Positions 12,218 through 25,385 of a stretch of 64,000 nucleotides of DNA are shown here, in pieces. Both the position numbers and the translations under genes were made by a program. The stretch is from Octopus bimaculoides (lineage: Eukaryota), in assembly GCF_001194135.2 (NCBI RefSeq), contig NC_068995.1, forward strand, positions 461,964 to 525,963, given 5' to 3'. The notes under the pieces were generated by a model that saw only the letters and a program-made list of their open reading frames with translations, was not told the DNA's origin and did not search any database. Numbering within the stretch: position 1 is the stretch's first letter; each line of letters starts with the position of its first letter.

Positions 12218-12615
12218 AGTAAGCGAAAACAGGTAGGGGCAGTAACAGAATGGCCAAACCCCGACCACCAACAGTCTTTTTGTTTGACGTTATGGCCCCA
12301 CTGTGTCCTGCTTTATACCCCGCTCCCTTGGATAACATCAATTTTGACTGTAATTCTTTCACGAGGTCAATACTACGATAAATGACATAACTACATGGTT
12401 AAAGAAGTTCACTTCGCAACCTCCTTAACCATGTAGTTATGTCATTTATCGTAGTATTGACCTCGTGAAAGAATTACAGTCAAAATTGATGTTACCCAAG
12501 GGAGCGGGGTAAGGTATAAAGGAGGACACAGTGGGGTCATAACGTCAAACAAAAAAGACTGTTGGTGGTCGGGGTTTGGCCATTCTGTTACTGCCCCTAC
12601 CTGTCTTTGCTTACT
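12218..12615. repeat. Long fold-back inverted repeat (~190 bp arms, roughly 95% identical, ~8-22 nt centre)
   Basis: 12218-12402 is the reverse complement of 12425-12615, with about five substitutions, a 1-nt indel and a 5-nt indel counted by eye. An imperfect stem continues to the loop at 12410-12417. Confidence 0.97.
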
Positions 12616-13905
12616 TAACAGAAAAATACGAAAATTGTTGACAATGCATAGAATGCACCACCCTAAGGCAGATATAGAACGACTCTACCTGCCAAGAAAA
12701 GAAGGTGGCCGTGGACTTTTACAACTGGAATTAACAATGAAGATTGCCACAATTGACTTAGACACCTACCTGAAGAACTCTGAGGACTGGATGTTAAAAC
12801 TTGTCTCAAAGCACGAAAACAAAACAGGCAAAGGAATATCTAAGTGAATTCCAAATACAACAAACCCCAGAATTAGACAAACTAGAAACAAGCACAAAAA
12901 AAGCTAAGCGCATGAAAACCCGTGCTAAAACTGCTGCCTTAGATACTCTTACTGATAAATGGCAAGAAAAACCCCTCAATGGCAAATACCCAAAGAGAGC
13001 TAATAGTGCCAATGTTGACAAAGCCCTTACCCATCAATGGTTAGTGTCTTCTGGCTTAAAATCAGAGACAGAAGGGTTGATGATAGCAGCCCAAGATCAA
13101 TGTCTACCTACAAGGAGCTACCAGGCCAACATATTAAAGAATGGCAGCTGCCCAACATGTCGTGTATGTAAACAAGATGAAACTATTCATCATGTCTCCA
13201 TGTGCAGTCTTCTTGCGCCTACAGAGTATCTCAACAGGCATGCTAGAGCAGCACAATATATCCACTGAGTAATTTTCAAAAACTTGGACCTGCCCCATGA
13301 TAAAAACTGGTGGGAACACAAACCACCCCCAGTACTTCAAAACGATTACATCTTACTCCTCTGGAACTTCACCATTCAAACTGACAGAAAAGATATATGC
13401 AAATAGGCCAGACATCATACTGAAAGACTTCAGACAAAAATCATGCCTCTTCATTGATATGACTGTCCCAATCGATATAAACCTATCTGTCAAGACCTAC
13501 CAAAAACTGAGCAAATATAAAGATCTTGAAATAGAAATTAGCAAAATGTGGAACCTCAAGACTAAAACAATACCTGTTGTCATAGGTGCCCTAGGAATGA
13601 TAGCAAAAGAGGCTGATTCCTACCTAGCTCAGATACCAGGAAACTCCAAAATGTAAAAGATAGTTTTCATGGGAACTGCCCATATCCTACGTAAAATACT
13701 ATCTATGTAATCTCAAATTTAAAAACAAATTCATGATTTTCTTATATTTTCTTAAAAATTCTCTAGAACAATTCTATGTGCAAAACCAAATATATGACAC
13801 CCTAGGCATAACACCAACTTGAGCATCTAACTTGTTGTCTCTTGGGGTCTCTGAGTGAGACTTGGAGCCAACTTGTACAAATACAATGCGAAAGTCAAAC
13901 ATATA
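12616..13905 (+). mobile_element. 5'-truncated R4/Dong-clade non-LTR retrotransposon (RT C-terminus, CCHC zinc knuckle, restriction-like endonuclease), frameshifted
   Basis: RKIRKLLTMHRMHHPKADIERLYLPRKEGGRGL; WLVSSGLKSETEGLMIAAQDQCL; CRVC..ETIHH..C; NRPDII..IDMTVP..KLSKYKDLEIEISKMW..PVVIGALG; ends KIVFMGTAHILRKILSM* (TAA 13708-13710), then a 3' UTR and (TAA)n. Confidence 0.92.
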
Positions 13906-13990
13906 ATAATAATAACAATAATAATTATAATAATAATAATAATAACAACAGTAACAACAGCAACAACAACAACAACAATAATAATAATTA
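13903..13990. repeat. (AAT)n/(AAC)n array, the tail or target site of the R4/Dong element
   Basis: Lies immediately after the LINE 3' UTR. Confidence 0.9.
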
Positions 13991-15552
13991 CTCTTATTTG
14001 CCCCCAAGGCGAAGGAGGAGGGGGACAATAGAAAGGCAAGGGATTTATATAAAATGATGTTATGAGGGCAAAGCAAAAAAAAACAAAAAAAAAACAAAAT
14101 GCAATCTTACAGGTGGTTGCTAAGTAACATTATTGACTCGGCCATTTGCAGATAAGACAGTTAATGTGTCGCTGTTATTGCTGTGAAGTCCCAGGCCTAA
14201 CTTGACTAAGAATAACTCTAATCAAAGCCATTCCAGCCGTGACGATGCCGTGGTAATATAATTATTTATAGATACATGGATGTAAAGATGTGTTCGTGGT
14301 TAAGAAGAACGATTTGCCAGCGTGCTTTTGTATTGCATCTCCGTGCACAGCAGCCGGAGTAAGCGCTTGCTACCACAGTCCGGATTGGTCAATACATTGG
14401 GAGTAAAATTAAATAGGATGAAGTGTGCTGAAGCCTGTCCGTGGAACTTCTTCACCCGGTTTAACTGCAGCCGAAACTGGACTTTATGTCTAGATTTATG
14501 ATTTGAGGAAACCATCGTTTCGTTCCACATTTCAGAGGCCCCGAAACTGGGTAGCAAAGTGTAAGAACACATCTATTAGTTTATTACACTAACACAGCAA
14601 AAGACTATAAAAATCCGTTGTAAGATTTACGAGATCAATACACTAGCAAAACAAATAAAAGCCAGACTCGTAGAGATAACAATTTGACAATGAATCTCTC
14701 CCCCTCTCTCTCTCTCTTCATATACAGGCTGTGCTATTCTCTGTTAAATGTAAATTGCGCTATTTTCAAGTGTTATTGTATGGTGCATCTCTACCAAGGA
14801 AAGAACACGCCATGACAGTATACTCACCACATCTTTTGCCAAATGTGTTACGCCACCGATGTATTGTTTTCTTAACGACTTTACATACAACACGAATCCC
14901 TCAAACCTTTAATCATATATCCAAAAATCACCATGGTTCCCAAACACATAAATAAAATAATACGTATACATGAAATCACAGAAGGTAAAAGTATATAATC
15001 GAATAAAATACAAATAGAACGGCCAATCGAAAATGTTAAATATAAACGGTTAAAAATCAAAAAAACTACCAGAAAACCTAATAGACAAATATAAAATAAA
15101 GCTAAAAATAAAACAAATATTCACCGACTAAAAAAGTTTTATCAGACGATTAAAATATTTTTTTTTAATTTCTTCAAATTTTTTTTTTTAAATATTTGAA
15201 AAAATCTTTTAGGTGATCCTTCGTTTCCAGTTCCAAAGCTGTCACTGAAACCACGTGTGTTTATTTACATCACATCGGCCTTTTCCGTAAAAGGGTTTTA
15301 GGGTTTGGGTTAGGGAATTCCGTCCCTAACGTAAGATCGCCTAGAAGCCTAATTTCTCAAGATTGGTATTTAGGCAGTGTGCTACATATGCCAGGGCCTC
15401 AATAATTACCGGTATAAACCTGAACTTGTAATCTGGATTGAGTAATGCATGTATCTATGTATGTATGTATTATATCTATGTATATCAGACATATAGGTGT
15501 GTGTGTATATGTATTTATACATGTGTGTGTGTGTGTAAATATATACGTATAT

Positions 15553-15589
<37 letters not shown>

Positions 15590-15590
15590 T

Positions 15591-15622
<32 letters not shown>

Positions 15623-15654
15623 GATCTCTTAATTTTTGCCTTTATATATATTTG

Positions 15655-15779
15655 ACCGTTGACTGAACACTATTCAATTTTTTTTCTCCGTGTTTTTCTC
15701 CTTGTCTCCGTATTCTTTCTGTTGAAGAGCGTAGCTCGAAACGTCAAAGACTTTCCGTATTCCTGAGCGTCATACTAAT
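15655..15779 (+). mobile_element. Penelope-like terminal-repeat fragment, truncated by a gap
   Basis: Pyrimidine-rich leader, hammerhead motif, then ttcctgagcgtcatactaat, shared with 6235-6450 (-). Confidence 0.55.
15714..15750 (+). ncRNA. Minimal type I hammerhead ribozyme motif with one core substitution
   Basis: Stem I TCTTT/AAAGA, core CTGTTGA (consensus CTGANGA), stem II GAGC-GTA-GCTC, GAAA, CG-TC cleavage site. Confidence 0.6.
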
Positions 15780-17476
15780 NNNNNNNNNNNNNNNNNNNNN
15801 NNNNNNNNNNNNNNNNNNNNNNNNNNNNNNNNNNNNNNNNNNNNNNNNNNNNNNNNNNNNNNNNNNNNNNNNNNNNNNNNNNNNNNNNNNNNNNNNNNNN
15901 NNNNNNNNNNNNNNNNNNNNNNNNNNNNNNNNNNNNNNNNNNNNNNNNNNNNNNNNNNNNNNNNNNNNNNNNNNNNNNNNNNNNNNNNNNNNNNNNNNNN
16001 NNNNNNNNNNNNNNNNNNNNNNNNNNNNNNNNNNNNNNNNNNNNNNNNNNNNNNNNNNNNNNNNNNNNNNNNNNNNNNNNNNNNNNNNNNNNNNNNNNNN
16101 NNNNNNNNNNNNNNNNNNNNNNNNNNNNNNNNNNNNNNNNNNNNNNNNNNNNNNNNNNNNNNNNNNNNNNNNNNNNNNNNNNNNNNNNNNNNNNNNNNNN
16201 NNNNNNNNNNNNNNNNNNNNNNNNNNNNNNNNNNNNNNNNNNNNNNNNNNNNNNNNNNNNNNNNNNNNNNNNNNNNNNNNNNNNNNNNNNNNNNNNNNNN
16301 NNNNNNNNNNNNNNNNNNNNNNNNNNNNNNNNNNNNNNNNNNNNNNNNNNNNNNNNNNNNNNNNNNNNNNNNNNNNNNNNNNNNNNNNNNNNNNNNNNNN
16401 NNNNNNNNNNNNNNNNNNNNNNNNNNNNNNNNNNNNNNNNNNNNNNNNNNNNNNNNNNNNNNNNNNNNNNNNNNNNNNNNNNNNNNNNNNNNNNNNNNNN
16501 NNNNNNNNNNNNNNNNNNNNNNNNNNNNTCACACCCACACACGCCTCTCACCGTCACCCACCAACAGTGAGCTTTAGATAGTCAAGAGCGTACATCGCAC
16601 GTGCAAGACTGGGGTGACGGGGGGTGGCGGGTCGGGTTCAGAGTGTGTGTGTGTGTACAGGGGTGGGTGGGAGGATGGCTAGTTTTTTTATATATTTTTA
16701 TAGCTTTTACGGGTTTGTTAGAATTATTTTTGGTTTTATTCTTATTTAATTATTTAATTTCGGTGTGTGTGTGTGTGTGTGTGTCTCTGAGATAGTGTAA
16801 CAGAGTTCGTATGTATATGTGAATCCGTATGTGTGTGTGTGTGTGTGTGTGAATGTGTATGTATGTGGGCATGTGTATTTTCTTTATGTATGTGTTTGTG
16901 TCCGTCTGTGTATTTGCACGTTTGGTTGTGTGTGTGTGTGTGTTCTGTGTGTGTGTGTGTGTTCTGTGTTTATACGTGTACGAAGACATAATTTTTACTT
17001 AACTGTGTATATGCATGTGCGCGTGTCTCTGTGTGCGCATATGTAAACTCATTGTACGCATGTGTGTGTGTGTGTGTGTGAGTGTAATATGCGATGCTTG
17101 TGCTTGTTACTGTGTACAATGCCTGATGTTTGCGTTTGTGGACGCATAGTATTTAGGAGGGCGTTGTAGTGTGCGTGTGTATGTATCTGTGTATGTCTGA
17201 GTGCGTGTGTGTGTATGTGTGTGTGTGTCATTTATCCCCTGCCGAAAGGCAATTATGATAGGAAGGGCTACCCGTTGTTTTTCAGCCAGTGGTTTACAAT
17301 GGAGTGGATGAACAGAAGCAAGTGCGGGGTGTGGTGGTGGAAGGTGAAGGAAGGTGAAGGAAGGTGAAGGAGGGGGTTAGGGTTCTTGCGGGTGGTTTTG
17401 CAGCGGGGGGTGGGGGAGAAGAGGGTTGGGAGGTTGGTGGAGACTGAAAAGAGAGGGGCCTGAAGAAGAGAAAGAA

Positions 17477-17520
<44 letters not shown>

Positions 17521-17674
17521 GACTGAGAAATAAAGGGTGAAATTTATGGCTACGGTGAGGATTGATTGGAAATAGAGAGGGAGAGAGAGAGAAGGGGAGG
17601 ATAGATGGAGAGTTAGGTGTTAAACGAGAAGAAGAGAGAATAAGAGGAAAAGAGTGAGAGACTGAGACAGTGTA

Positions 17675-17710
<36 letters not shown>

Positions 17711-18635
17711 GGAGAGAGAGGGAAGTGAGAAGATGGGGATGAGGAGGACGGTCACAGGTAAAGTATAGAGTGATGGTGGCGGTGGCAGTGGTGGTGGTGG
17801 CAGTAGCGATGTCGTTGTTGGTGGTGGCGGTGGTACAAGTGTTTTTGGTGTTTTGGTTAGTGATAACGGTGATGGTGGTGGTGGTGGTGGTGAAGAAAAG
17901 GCGAGGTTTGAGTGGTGTGGGGAGAGGACGGAGAGGTTGGTTAGGGGAGAGTACAAGGGGGGGGGGGAAATATGCAACACCCTGCGAAAAGTTAGTACAT
18001 ATAGTAGTAGTAGTAGTAGCAACAGTAGTAGTAGTAGTAAAGGAACAATGTGCAAAATCTCTGACTTTGTTATATTTCTTTAAGTTCTGATTTCAAATCT
18101 CGCCAGGCATCCATTCTTTGCTATATTTCAATATTTTGTGGCCGATCAAGCAAAATAGCAGCCAAATGCTTTTTAGGACATGCCATTATTGACACCCATT
18201 CTCGTCCTAAACTTCTTACCTTGTGTCACAGACAATATTATCATTGTTGTTGTTGTTCTTGTTTAAACCGAAGGAGCAGTAATTGAACTCTGAGCCCAAA
18301 CACTTCATACAGTTATCAATATGCGGGTTGGGTCAGCGGAGCACCAAACACTCACCGTAAATGGTAAATTTTCTCTCTTATTGACACACGCATGCACATC
18401 TGCTCTTGTAGTATGATGCCAGGATCTGGTCATAATTTGCATCCAACTATAACACACACGCTTAAAATACTATGGCTGGAGATAGTCATTCTCTCTTTTA
18501 GTGCCTTATTATTTAACACACACACCGGTTAAGTTTCCACTCATTTACTTATTTATTTTTCCTACAATTTTCGTTGCGTCTCGCAACCTTTTCAATAGCC
18601 GTTGCAAACCAAATCCAAAAACGAAGTATATACAT

Positions 18636-18671
<36 letters not shown>

Positions 18672-18981
18672 ACACACACATGTATACACATATATTCGAT
18701 AAGCTATCCCCGCAGTTTCTGAGAGTCAAATCTACTCACAAAGCATTGGTCGACCTGAGACTATATTAGGTGACACTTGACCAAGGTGCCGCGCAAAAGA
18801 TCGGAACCAGAAACCGTGTTTCCGTATTAACCGGAAACAAGAAAATGAGGAGCAGCGAAAAAAGAAATCTGTACTTCAAATAAATACGCACACACAAACA
18901 CACACACGACATGAGTGTAAATACATATATACATATATATGCACACACATGCATACACTTAAATCTATGCACACACGTGTT

Positions 18982-19017
<36 letters not shown>

Positions 19018-20429
19018 ATATATTTGTATGAATGTGTTAGGGGAATGTAGAATAAGAATAAAATAAATATAAAGAAAAGAGCAAATGAAACATTTAACAT
19101 GTTTTCTATAATGAAAAAGAAACGAAAAGAAAAAAGATGGCGGAAACTGCGGGAAAATTAGACGGAAGTTGTTTATATGAAGAAGGCAGATAATAAAAAA
19201 AGAAAGTGAATACAAAAATAATAAACAATTAACTGATTAAATAAACGTAAATATATTAATTAGTTTGCAATATAAATTGACACTAATAGTACAGGAGGGA
19301 AAACGCGTGTTGAGGTAATGACTGAACACAATTGTAACGGATATTGGCCGGAAGTAAGCGTAGAATGGGTGACATAAAGAGAAAACGGAAACGGAAAATG
19401 ACGGAAGTAGTTTGTAAAATAAAGAAAAAGTGATGATTTAAAGTATAAACATGGCGAGAAAAAGTAATAAAAAAGAATATTGAATAAAGAAATGTTTGAA
19501 AATACATAAAGAAAATTAAATCTAAATATATATATATATGCGCAGGCACAGATATGTGTATACATACATACATACATACATAAAAATACAAGAGGAAGAG
19601 GACATCCATGGACCATTAATAAAGAGTTTGCAAATCCAGGGCCCAATATAGACTGAGTTTCACACCTATTATTATTGAAACAACAGGACACAGAGCAACC
19701 AGTCCGGAGCAAAATATGGCTGAACTTGGGATCTTGGGGAGAGAATACAAACCCTTAATTCGTATGCTACCACGATCACGATAGTTTGGACTATAGAAAT
19801 CTGAAAGACCTCAAGAGTTGAAGGATGATGGTTAAGACAACATACTTTCCTTCACAACCTTGCAACAAAGTATATTAAAAAGTGAAAGAAGAACCTACAT
19901 ACATACATACATACATACATACATACATTGGATGCATGAGGTCAGACTTTCACTGATATTGTCGTAGCTTTAGTTCGTCCACAGGTCAGTTTTGATCCAG
20001 CAGACCTAATAATCAAAGCCCTTCCTGATCTGTTTATTTACTTATATTTTCCTTTTTATTCGACTCTCCTTTTTCTAATACAGCTGTGTGTAATTTGTGG
20101 GCTATTTCGCTCCTCTTTCTAGCAGTTCAAGTGGATCTCCCATCAATTCTATTGTTGCTTTCTAATAATCATATTAGTACTCTGGGTGGATTAACTTCTT
20201 AGCTATGTAGAGTTCCGTATTTGAAAGTATATTTAATGCATATATTGTTGTAAAATACTACAATATATTATAATATATTATAATATATTATAATACATTA
20301 TAATATATTATAATACATTATAATATAACAAGATATTTCATATTATACTTCTTCTTGTTGAAAATGAAATTAATAATATTGAGGTTCTCTCACCAGATAT
20401 TTGGCTAAGGATTCATAAGTTCTCGGTAT

Positions 20430-20745
20430 AGAGTCGTCTTCGTCGTCTTCTTCGTCGTCGTCGTCTTCGTCGTCGTCTTCGTCGTCTTCTTCGTCGTCGT
20501 CGTCTTCGTCGTCATCATTAAGGCTGTCATAGTCATCGTCGTAATATTCGTCGACGTTTTCGTTACGGTCATCCTTGTCATCGTCATCGTTTCGTCATCG
20601 CCGTCCTTGTACTCGACGTCGTTGTCATCGTCGTCATAATCGTCAATGTCGTTGTCACGCCTTCATCGTCATCGCCGTCATCATCGTCGTCATCATCGCC
20701 GTCATCATCGCCGTCATCATCGCCGTCATCATCGCCGTCATCACT
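20430..20745. repeat. (TCG/TCA/TCT)n compound trinucleotide array with higher-order 12-mer (CATCATCGCCGT)n
   Basis: Direct reading of the sequence. Confidence 0.9.
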
Positions 20746-20819
20746 GTTAACATTTGTTGTCTTTGTCCATGTCGATGTTGTTTGTTTCATTATTTCTTCC
20801 TCATATTGTAAGAACGCAT

Positions 20820-21065
20820 GACCTAGGAGTTTGGGCCTCGGTCTCGCGATTATAAGGTCGTCGGTTCCGAGAGGGGCAAGGTGGGATGATGTCTCTGAAT
20901 AAGGTAGTTCATTCTACGCAGTTCGTTGCTCCGGTCTGCTCAGCAAAGGCTGAGTACCAGCCATGTACTGGGGCCACTCCCTTTCTCTTTCAACCGTTGC
21001 ATCCTTCATTTGCACCTGAGTCCGAGGTGGGAGAGTCCAGAGGACGTCTGCTTAGGACTGGAACG
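20820..21065 (+). mobile_element. SINE family C, degenerate
   Basis: ctcgcgattataaggtcgtcggttcc...tctctgaataaggtagttcatt...gttgctccggtctgctcagc...gagtacc resembles 5571-5816. Confidence 0.55.
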
Positions 21066-22601
21066 AAAAACAATAAGTGAAAGCATGGTATATCTTACCA
21101 ACCCACACTCGCTCGTGAGTGATGGCTATATTTTTGTTGTGCTTCATCCAAGGTAAACCCTATTTGAATGACTCTACGACGATCACAGGCGTTCCAACCA
21201 TGCCCTTCTCGTATTTTTATAGCTTTACAGGACTACATTATTTGGTATATCCTTTTCAAAGACTTTATTTTAGGAAGATTTAGCTGTTTTATCCATCAGA
21301 TCGAGGGACCAAGTAGAATCTTCTTTGTTGACTTGTTACGTTTTTTGTAACAGAGTTGCTGTTGGCGGTGGTGGTGGCGGTGGTGGTGGCGGTATTGTTT
21401 CTTGTCATTGCTGCCGATGTTGTTGTTCACGTTGTTGTTGTTGTTGCTCTATTGTTTTGCTATTCATTTATTTATTGCCATCGCTCCCACCGTTTGACCA
21501 CAAAGTAATCGGAGTCACGACCAAACCGTGTCCATTCCTCTTCTGCCTCCCACTTACCCCGCCCCTTCTTCGCCGCCCTCTTTCTATATAACTNNNNNNN
21601 NNNNNNNNNNNNNNNNNNNNNNNNNNNNNNNNNNNNNNNNNNNNNNNNNNNNNNNNNNNNNNNNNNNNNNNNNNNNNNNNNNNNNNNNNNNNNNNNNNNN
21701 NNNNNNNNNNNNNNNNNNNNNNNNNNNNNNNNNNNNNNNNNNNNNNNNNNNNNNNNNNNNNNNNNNNNNNNNNNNNNNNNNNNNNNNNNNNNNNNNNNNN
21801 NNNNNNNNNNNNNNNNNNNNNNNNNNNNNNNNNNNNNNNNNNNNNNNNNNNNNNNNNNNNNNNNNNNNNNNNNNNNCACCACCACCGCCACCAACGGGGA
21901 CACAACTACTAACAGCGCCACCACCACCACCCACTCCCAGCAACACAACTGGAACAACAATTACGTTCACCACCACCACCACCACCATCATCACCACCAC
22001 CATTAAAACCAACAGTAGCATCATCATCAGCAACACCATCACCATCACCACCGCCGCTCCAATATCAGCACCATCACCATCACCACACCATTATCAACAT
22101 CATCATCACCATCAGCACGAGACCAACACCAACAGCATCGTCGCCATTTTCCCTCTCCGTGATCACACCCCTATAGATCGAGTGTTCATCCTCCCTCCAC
22201 TCACACCATTATTAAACACCAACCACTTCATCTGACGCCACCTCGTACACACATTACGCAGACACACACATTCAACATACATCGCACACACACACATTTC
22301 ACACACCACTTGACAATATATCACAGCTGTATCTAACTAGTTCCCCACCCCCATTACACACCAGTCAAACATGACTACCAACAATATGACCAACACCATA
22401 GAACCAAGAACGACACCACACCAGGTCATTCATTTATAGCGACATAAGCACTCCACCACCACTACCACATCACCACCACCATACTATATACTGTAACACG
22501 AAGACAACCACCACTACCACCAACGCCTCAAACCGCAACCATAACAGACGCAACTCTACCATCCTTTATCTGAATTAGCGTCTTTGCATGTGTATCTATC
22601 C

Positions 22602-22638
<37 letters not shown>

Positions 22639-22867
22639 CCTATCTATCCAAGTTGAGGGGTGGAACACGTAAAATGCACGCAACTTAACTGAAACCTTTG
22701 ACATAATAGCTATACAACGAGTAATGGTCAACGTAACTAATCTAAATTCCGAGTGACGATGTGACTTTCATTTCATTAAAGTAATCTCTGCCTGATGATT
22801 AGTTGTTTGGCGTAGTTCGTTGCGTAACTATTAAATCAAGAGCTTCAGTTAGCTAAGAAATATACGT

Positions 22868-23015
22868 AGAAAGCTCACCGTGAGGAAAATTCACCACGAG
22901 GAAAGTTTACCGGGAAAAATCTATTCATAATATCTCACTATTAATAGTTAAAATCTATTTTATTGAAAACAAAACAACAAAAACGGTGAATTGATGGCGG
23001 TGAACTTACTGGACA
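22868..23015. mobile_element. Degenerate MITE-like element with tandem subterminal units in inverted orientation
   Basis: Left aagctcaccgtgaggaaaattcaccacg versus reverse complement of right end aagttcaccgccatcaattcaccg. Confidence 0.35.
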
Positions 23016-23299
23016 TGATATATATANNNNNNNNNNNNNNNNNNNNNNNNNNNNNNNNNNNNNNNNNNNNNNNNNNNNNNNNNNNNNNNNNNNNNNNNNN
23101 NNNNNNNNNNNNNNNNNNNNNNNNNNCTATGTATGTATGTATTTATGTATGTATGTCTATCTATCTATCTACTCGTCTATCTCCGAGTGTGAACGCGCAT
23201 ATATTTGCGCACGCGTGTGTTTATAGATAATACGTATGTGTGTGTATATATATGCGTGTAAATATACGCACACATATACATACATTTTCATGTGTATTA

Positions 23300-23358
<59 letters not shown>

Positions 23359-23386
23359 TAGATGTACATAAATCAGTGTATACATG

Positions 23387-23424
<38 letters not shown>

Positions 23425-23600
23425 CAATCATATTTCTCTCTATATATACATGCCTGTATGTATATATATATACATATATGTATGTATATGTATATTTTAT
23501 ATGTATACACCTACATATGTGTACATTTACAAATAGCTGTATACGGAAATGTGTATATTTATTCAAATATGTATGCATACATTCATACACACACAAACAT

Positions 23601-23646
<46 letters not shown>

Positions 23647-24123
23647 TCATGCACACACATGCACGAGCATGAACACAAAGAGAAACATTTCATTTCTGCC
23701 CTCTTATCCCTTTCCTTTCTGACCGGATCACATTCCCCATTGTTGTTAAGGGGGTCCTATTAGGGGACTACAGGTGCGACAGCCTTTCAAACCCTAAAGG
23801 ACACACACAGTCCCCCCTTCTCTTTCAGTGTCTCCTTCACTCATTCTTTATACACATTTTCACCTCCTCCTCCCTTACTCATTCACTGACATACTCATTC
23901 AAATATTTACTCATTCAGTGAATCTTCTTCGCTTTCATTCATTCAATCCGTGAGACAATCACGTATTCAAATATTTGCTCATTATCTTATTCATAATTCC
24001 TTCTTCGTTATTAAACTCATTCATCAATTCTTCTTGACCTTTGCTCATTCTTTCGCTCACTGACCAACTTTTATTTATTTATACCCTAACAGACTGAGCC
24101 GCACACGTGTGTGTGTATATATT

Positions 24124-24174
<51 letters not shown>

Positions 24175-24481
24175 NNNNNNNNNNNNNNNNNNNNNNNNNN
24201 NNNNNNNNNNNNNNNNNNNNNNNNNNNNNNNNNNNNNNNNNNNNNNNNNNNNNNNNNNNNNNNNNNNNNNNNNNNNNNNNNNNNNNNNNNNNNNNNNNNN
24301 NNNNNNNNNNNNNNNNNNNNNNNNNNNNNNNNNNNNNNNNNNNNNNNNNNNNNNNNNNNNNNNNNNNNNNNNNNNNNNNNNNNNNNNNNNNNNNNNNNNN
24401 NNNNNNNNNNNNNNNNNNNNNNNNNNNNNNNNNNNNNNNNNNNNNNAATATATGTTATCAGTATGCATACATATATATATA

Positions 24482-24539
<58 letters not shown>

Positions 24540-24884
24540 ATGTATGTATGTATTTATGTATGTAAAGGCATATACAGATCTACAAACACAACCCATATAC
24601 ACAATCTGATACACATGCAGTGGTTTGATTAAACTTGTTCCAACCATTTGAATAAGTCTGGAGACAAATAAATCTTCAAGTTTTAAATTCTATTTACAAT
24701 AAACATCTCAGATTGAGTTCCATTCATCAATAAATGTAAAGACGAGCGCTCGCTCACGCACACACACACACAAATATATAAATATATATCACTAAGTTTG
24801 AATAAGGTGTTAGGAAACATCTTCTCCTTACAAGAAAGCTGTAAGATTCTTGTGATGTGACTCTTCCACAATTCTTTTCTTGCA

Positions 24885-25045
24885 GATGGAAGTGAATGAA
24901 TATATCGAACATAGATTGGAAAAAATTCAGCGTGGGAACTTTGTCAAACCCAACCTCCAAGAAGTCGTGAATTGGGTGAAGAATTCATGGAATAAAGTTC
25001 CCGACAGTTGCGTTGCCAAAGCACTACGAGCAGGCCAGAGATATA
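24885..25045 (+). mobile_element. pogo/Tigger-family transposase fragment (C-terminal end of the DDE domain)
   Basis: MEVNEYIEHRLEKIQRGNFVKPNLQEVVNWVKNSWNKVPDSCVAKALRAG fits the KP..V..WV..(S/A)W..P...I..A pattern of pogo DDE C-termini. Confidence 0.7.
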
Positions 25046-25385
25046 GGAGTAAAGCTTTTAGCTTCTCTGCTTTCTCCTTCATAGATCGGGCATGTTATTC
25101 CCTCCTTCATGGATAGGGTATATTATTCTCTCCTTCAGTTTCATTTGGAGCTTACAACTTGGAAGGAAAATCTGAAAAAGAAGTTGCTGTGGTTTTGCAA
25201 AAGCTCGTTTGCATAATTTGAAAAGGATTGTCAGGAATCCATCGGAACCAGCAGCTGAGATTCTATCTACTTCATCTATGGCTAGCATGACATATTCTTT
25301 GATGTGGATGTTGCCGGGGCCTCATTATCTGTTTTCTCCTTTTCAAGGGATTATTAAAAACTTCTCTCAATCTCTATCCTTTCAG
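25046..25385 (-). mobile_element. CR1-type LINE fragment (region preceding the RT domain)
   Basis: AIDEVDRISAAGSDGFLTILFKLCKRAFAKPQQLLFQ..KLKERIIYPIHEG / ITCPIYEGESREAKSFTPISL corresponds to the conserved SAAGPDG..KLK..PIHKGG...NYRPISL segment. Confidence 0.8.

Noticed and set aside
15297-15320. Telomere-like gggttttagggtttgggttaggg
   Set aside because: Too short and degenerate to call an interstitial telomeric array.
17335-17432. G-run cluster with G-quadruplex potential and (GGAAGGTGAA)x3
   Set aside because: Part of a purine-rich low-complexity tract, with no evidence of function.
18220-18292. Alternative minus-strand exon with AAG|GTAAGA donor
   Set aside because: It contains an (AAC)n tract and is not frame-compatible with the neighbouring candidate, which shows how easily chance splice signals arise here.
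20255-20335. (TAATATATTA)n 10-mer array
   Set aside because: An ordinary AT-only minisatellite.
24870-24890. Strong splice acceptor followed by ATG (ttcttttcttgcAG|ATG)
   Set aside because: The downstream frame is a pogo transposase fragment that runs into an antisense LINE with no donor. Exonisation cannot be supported.
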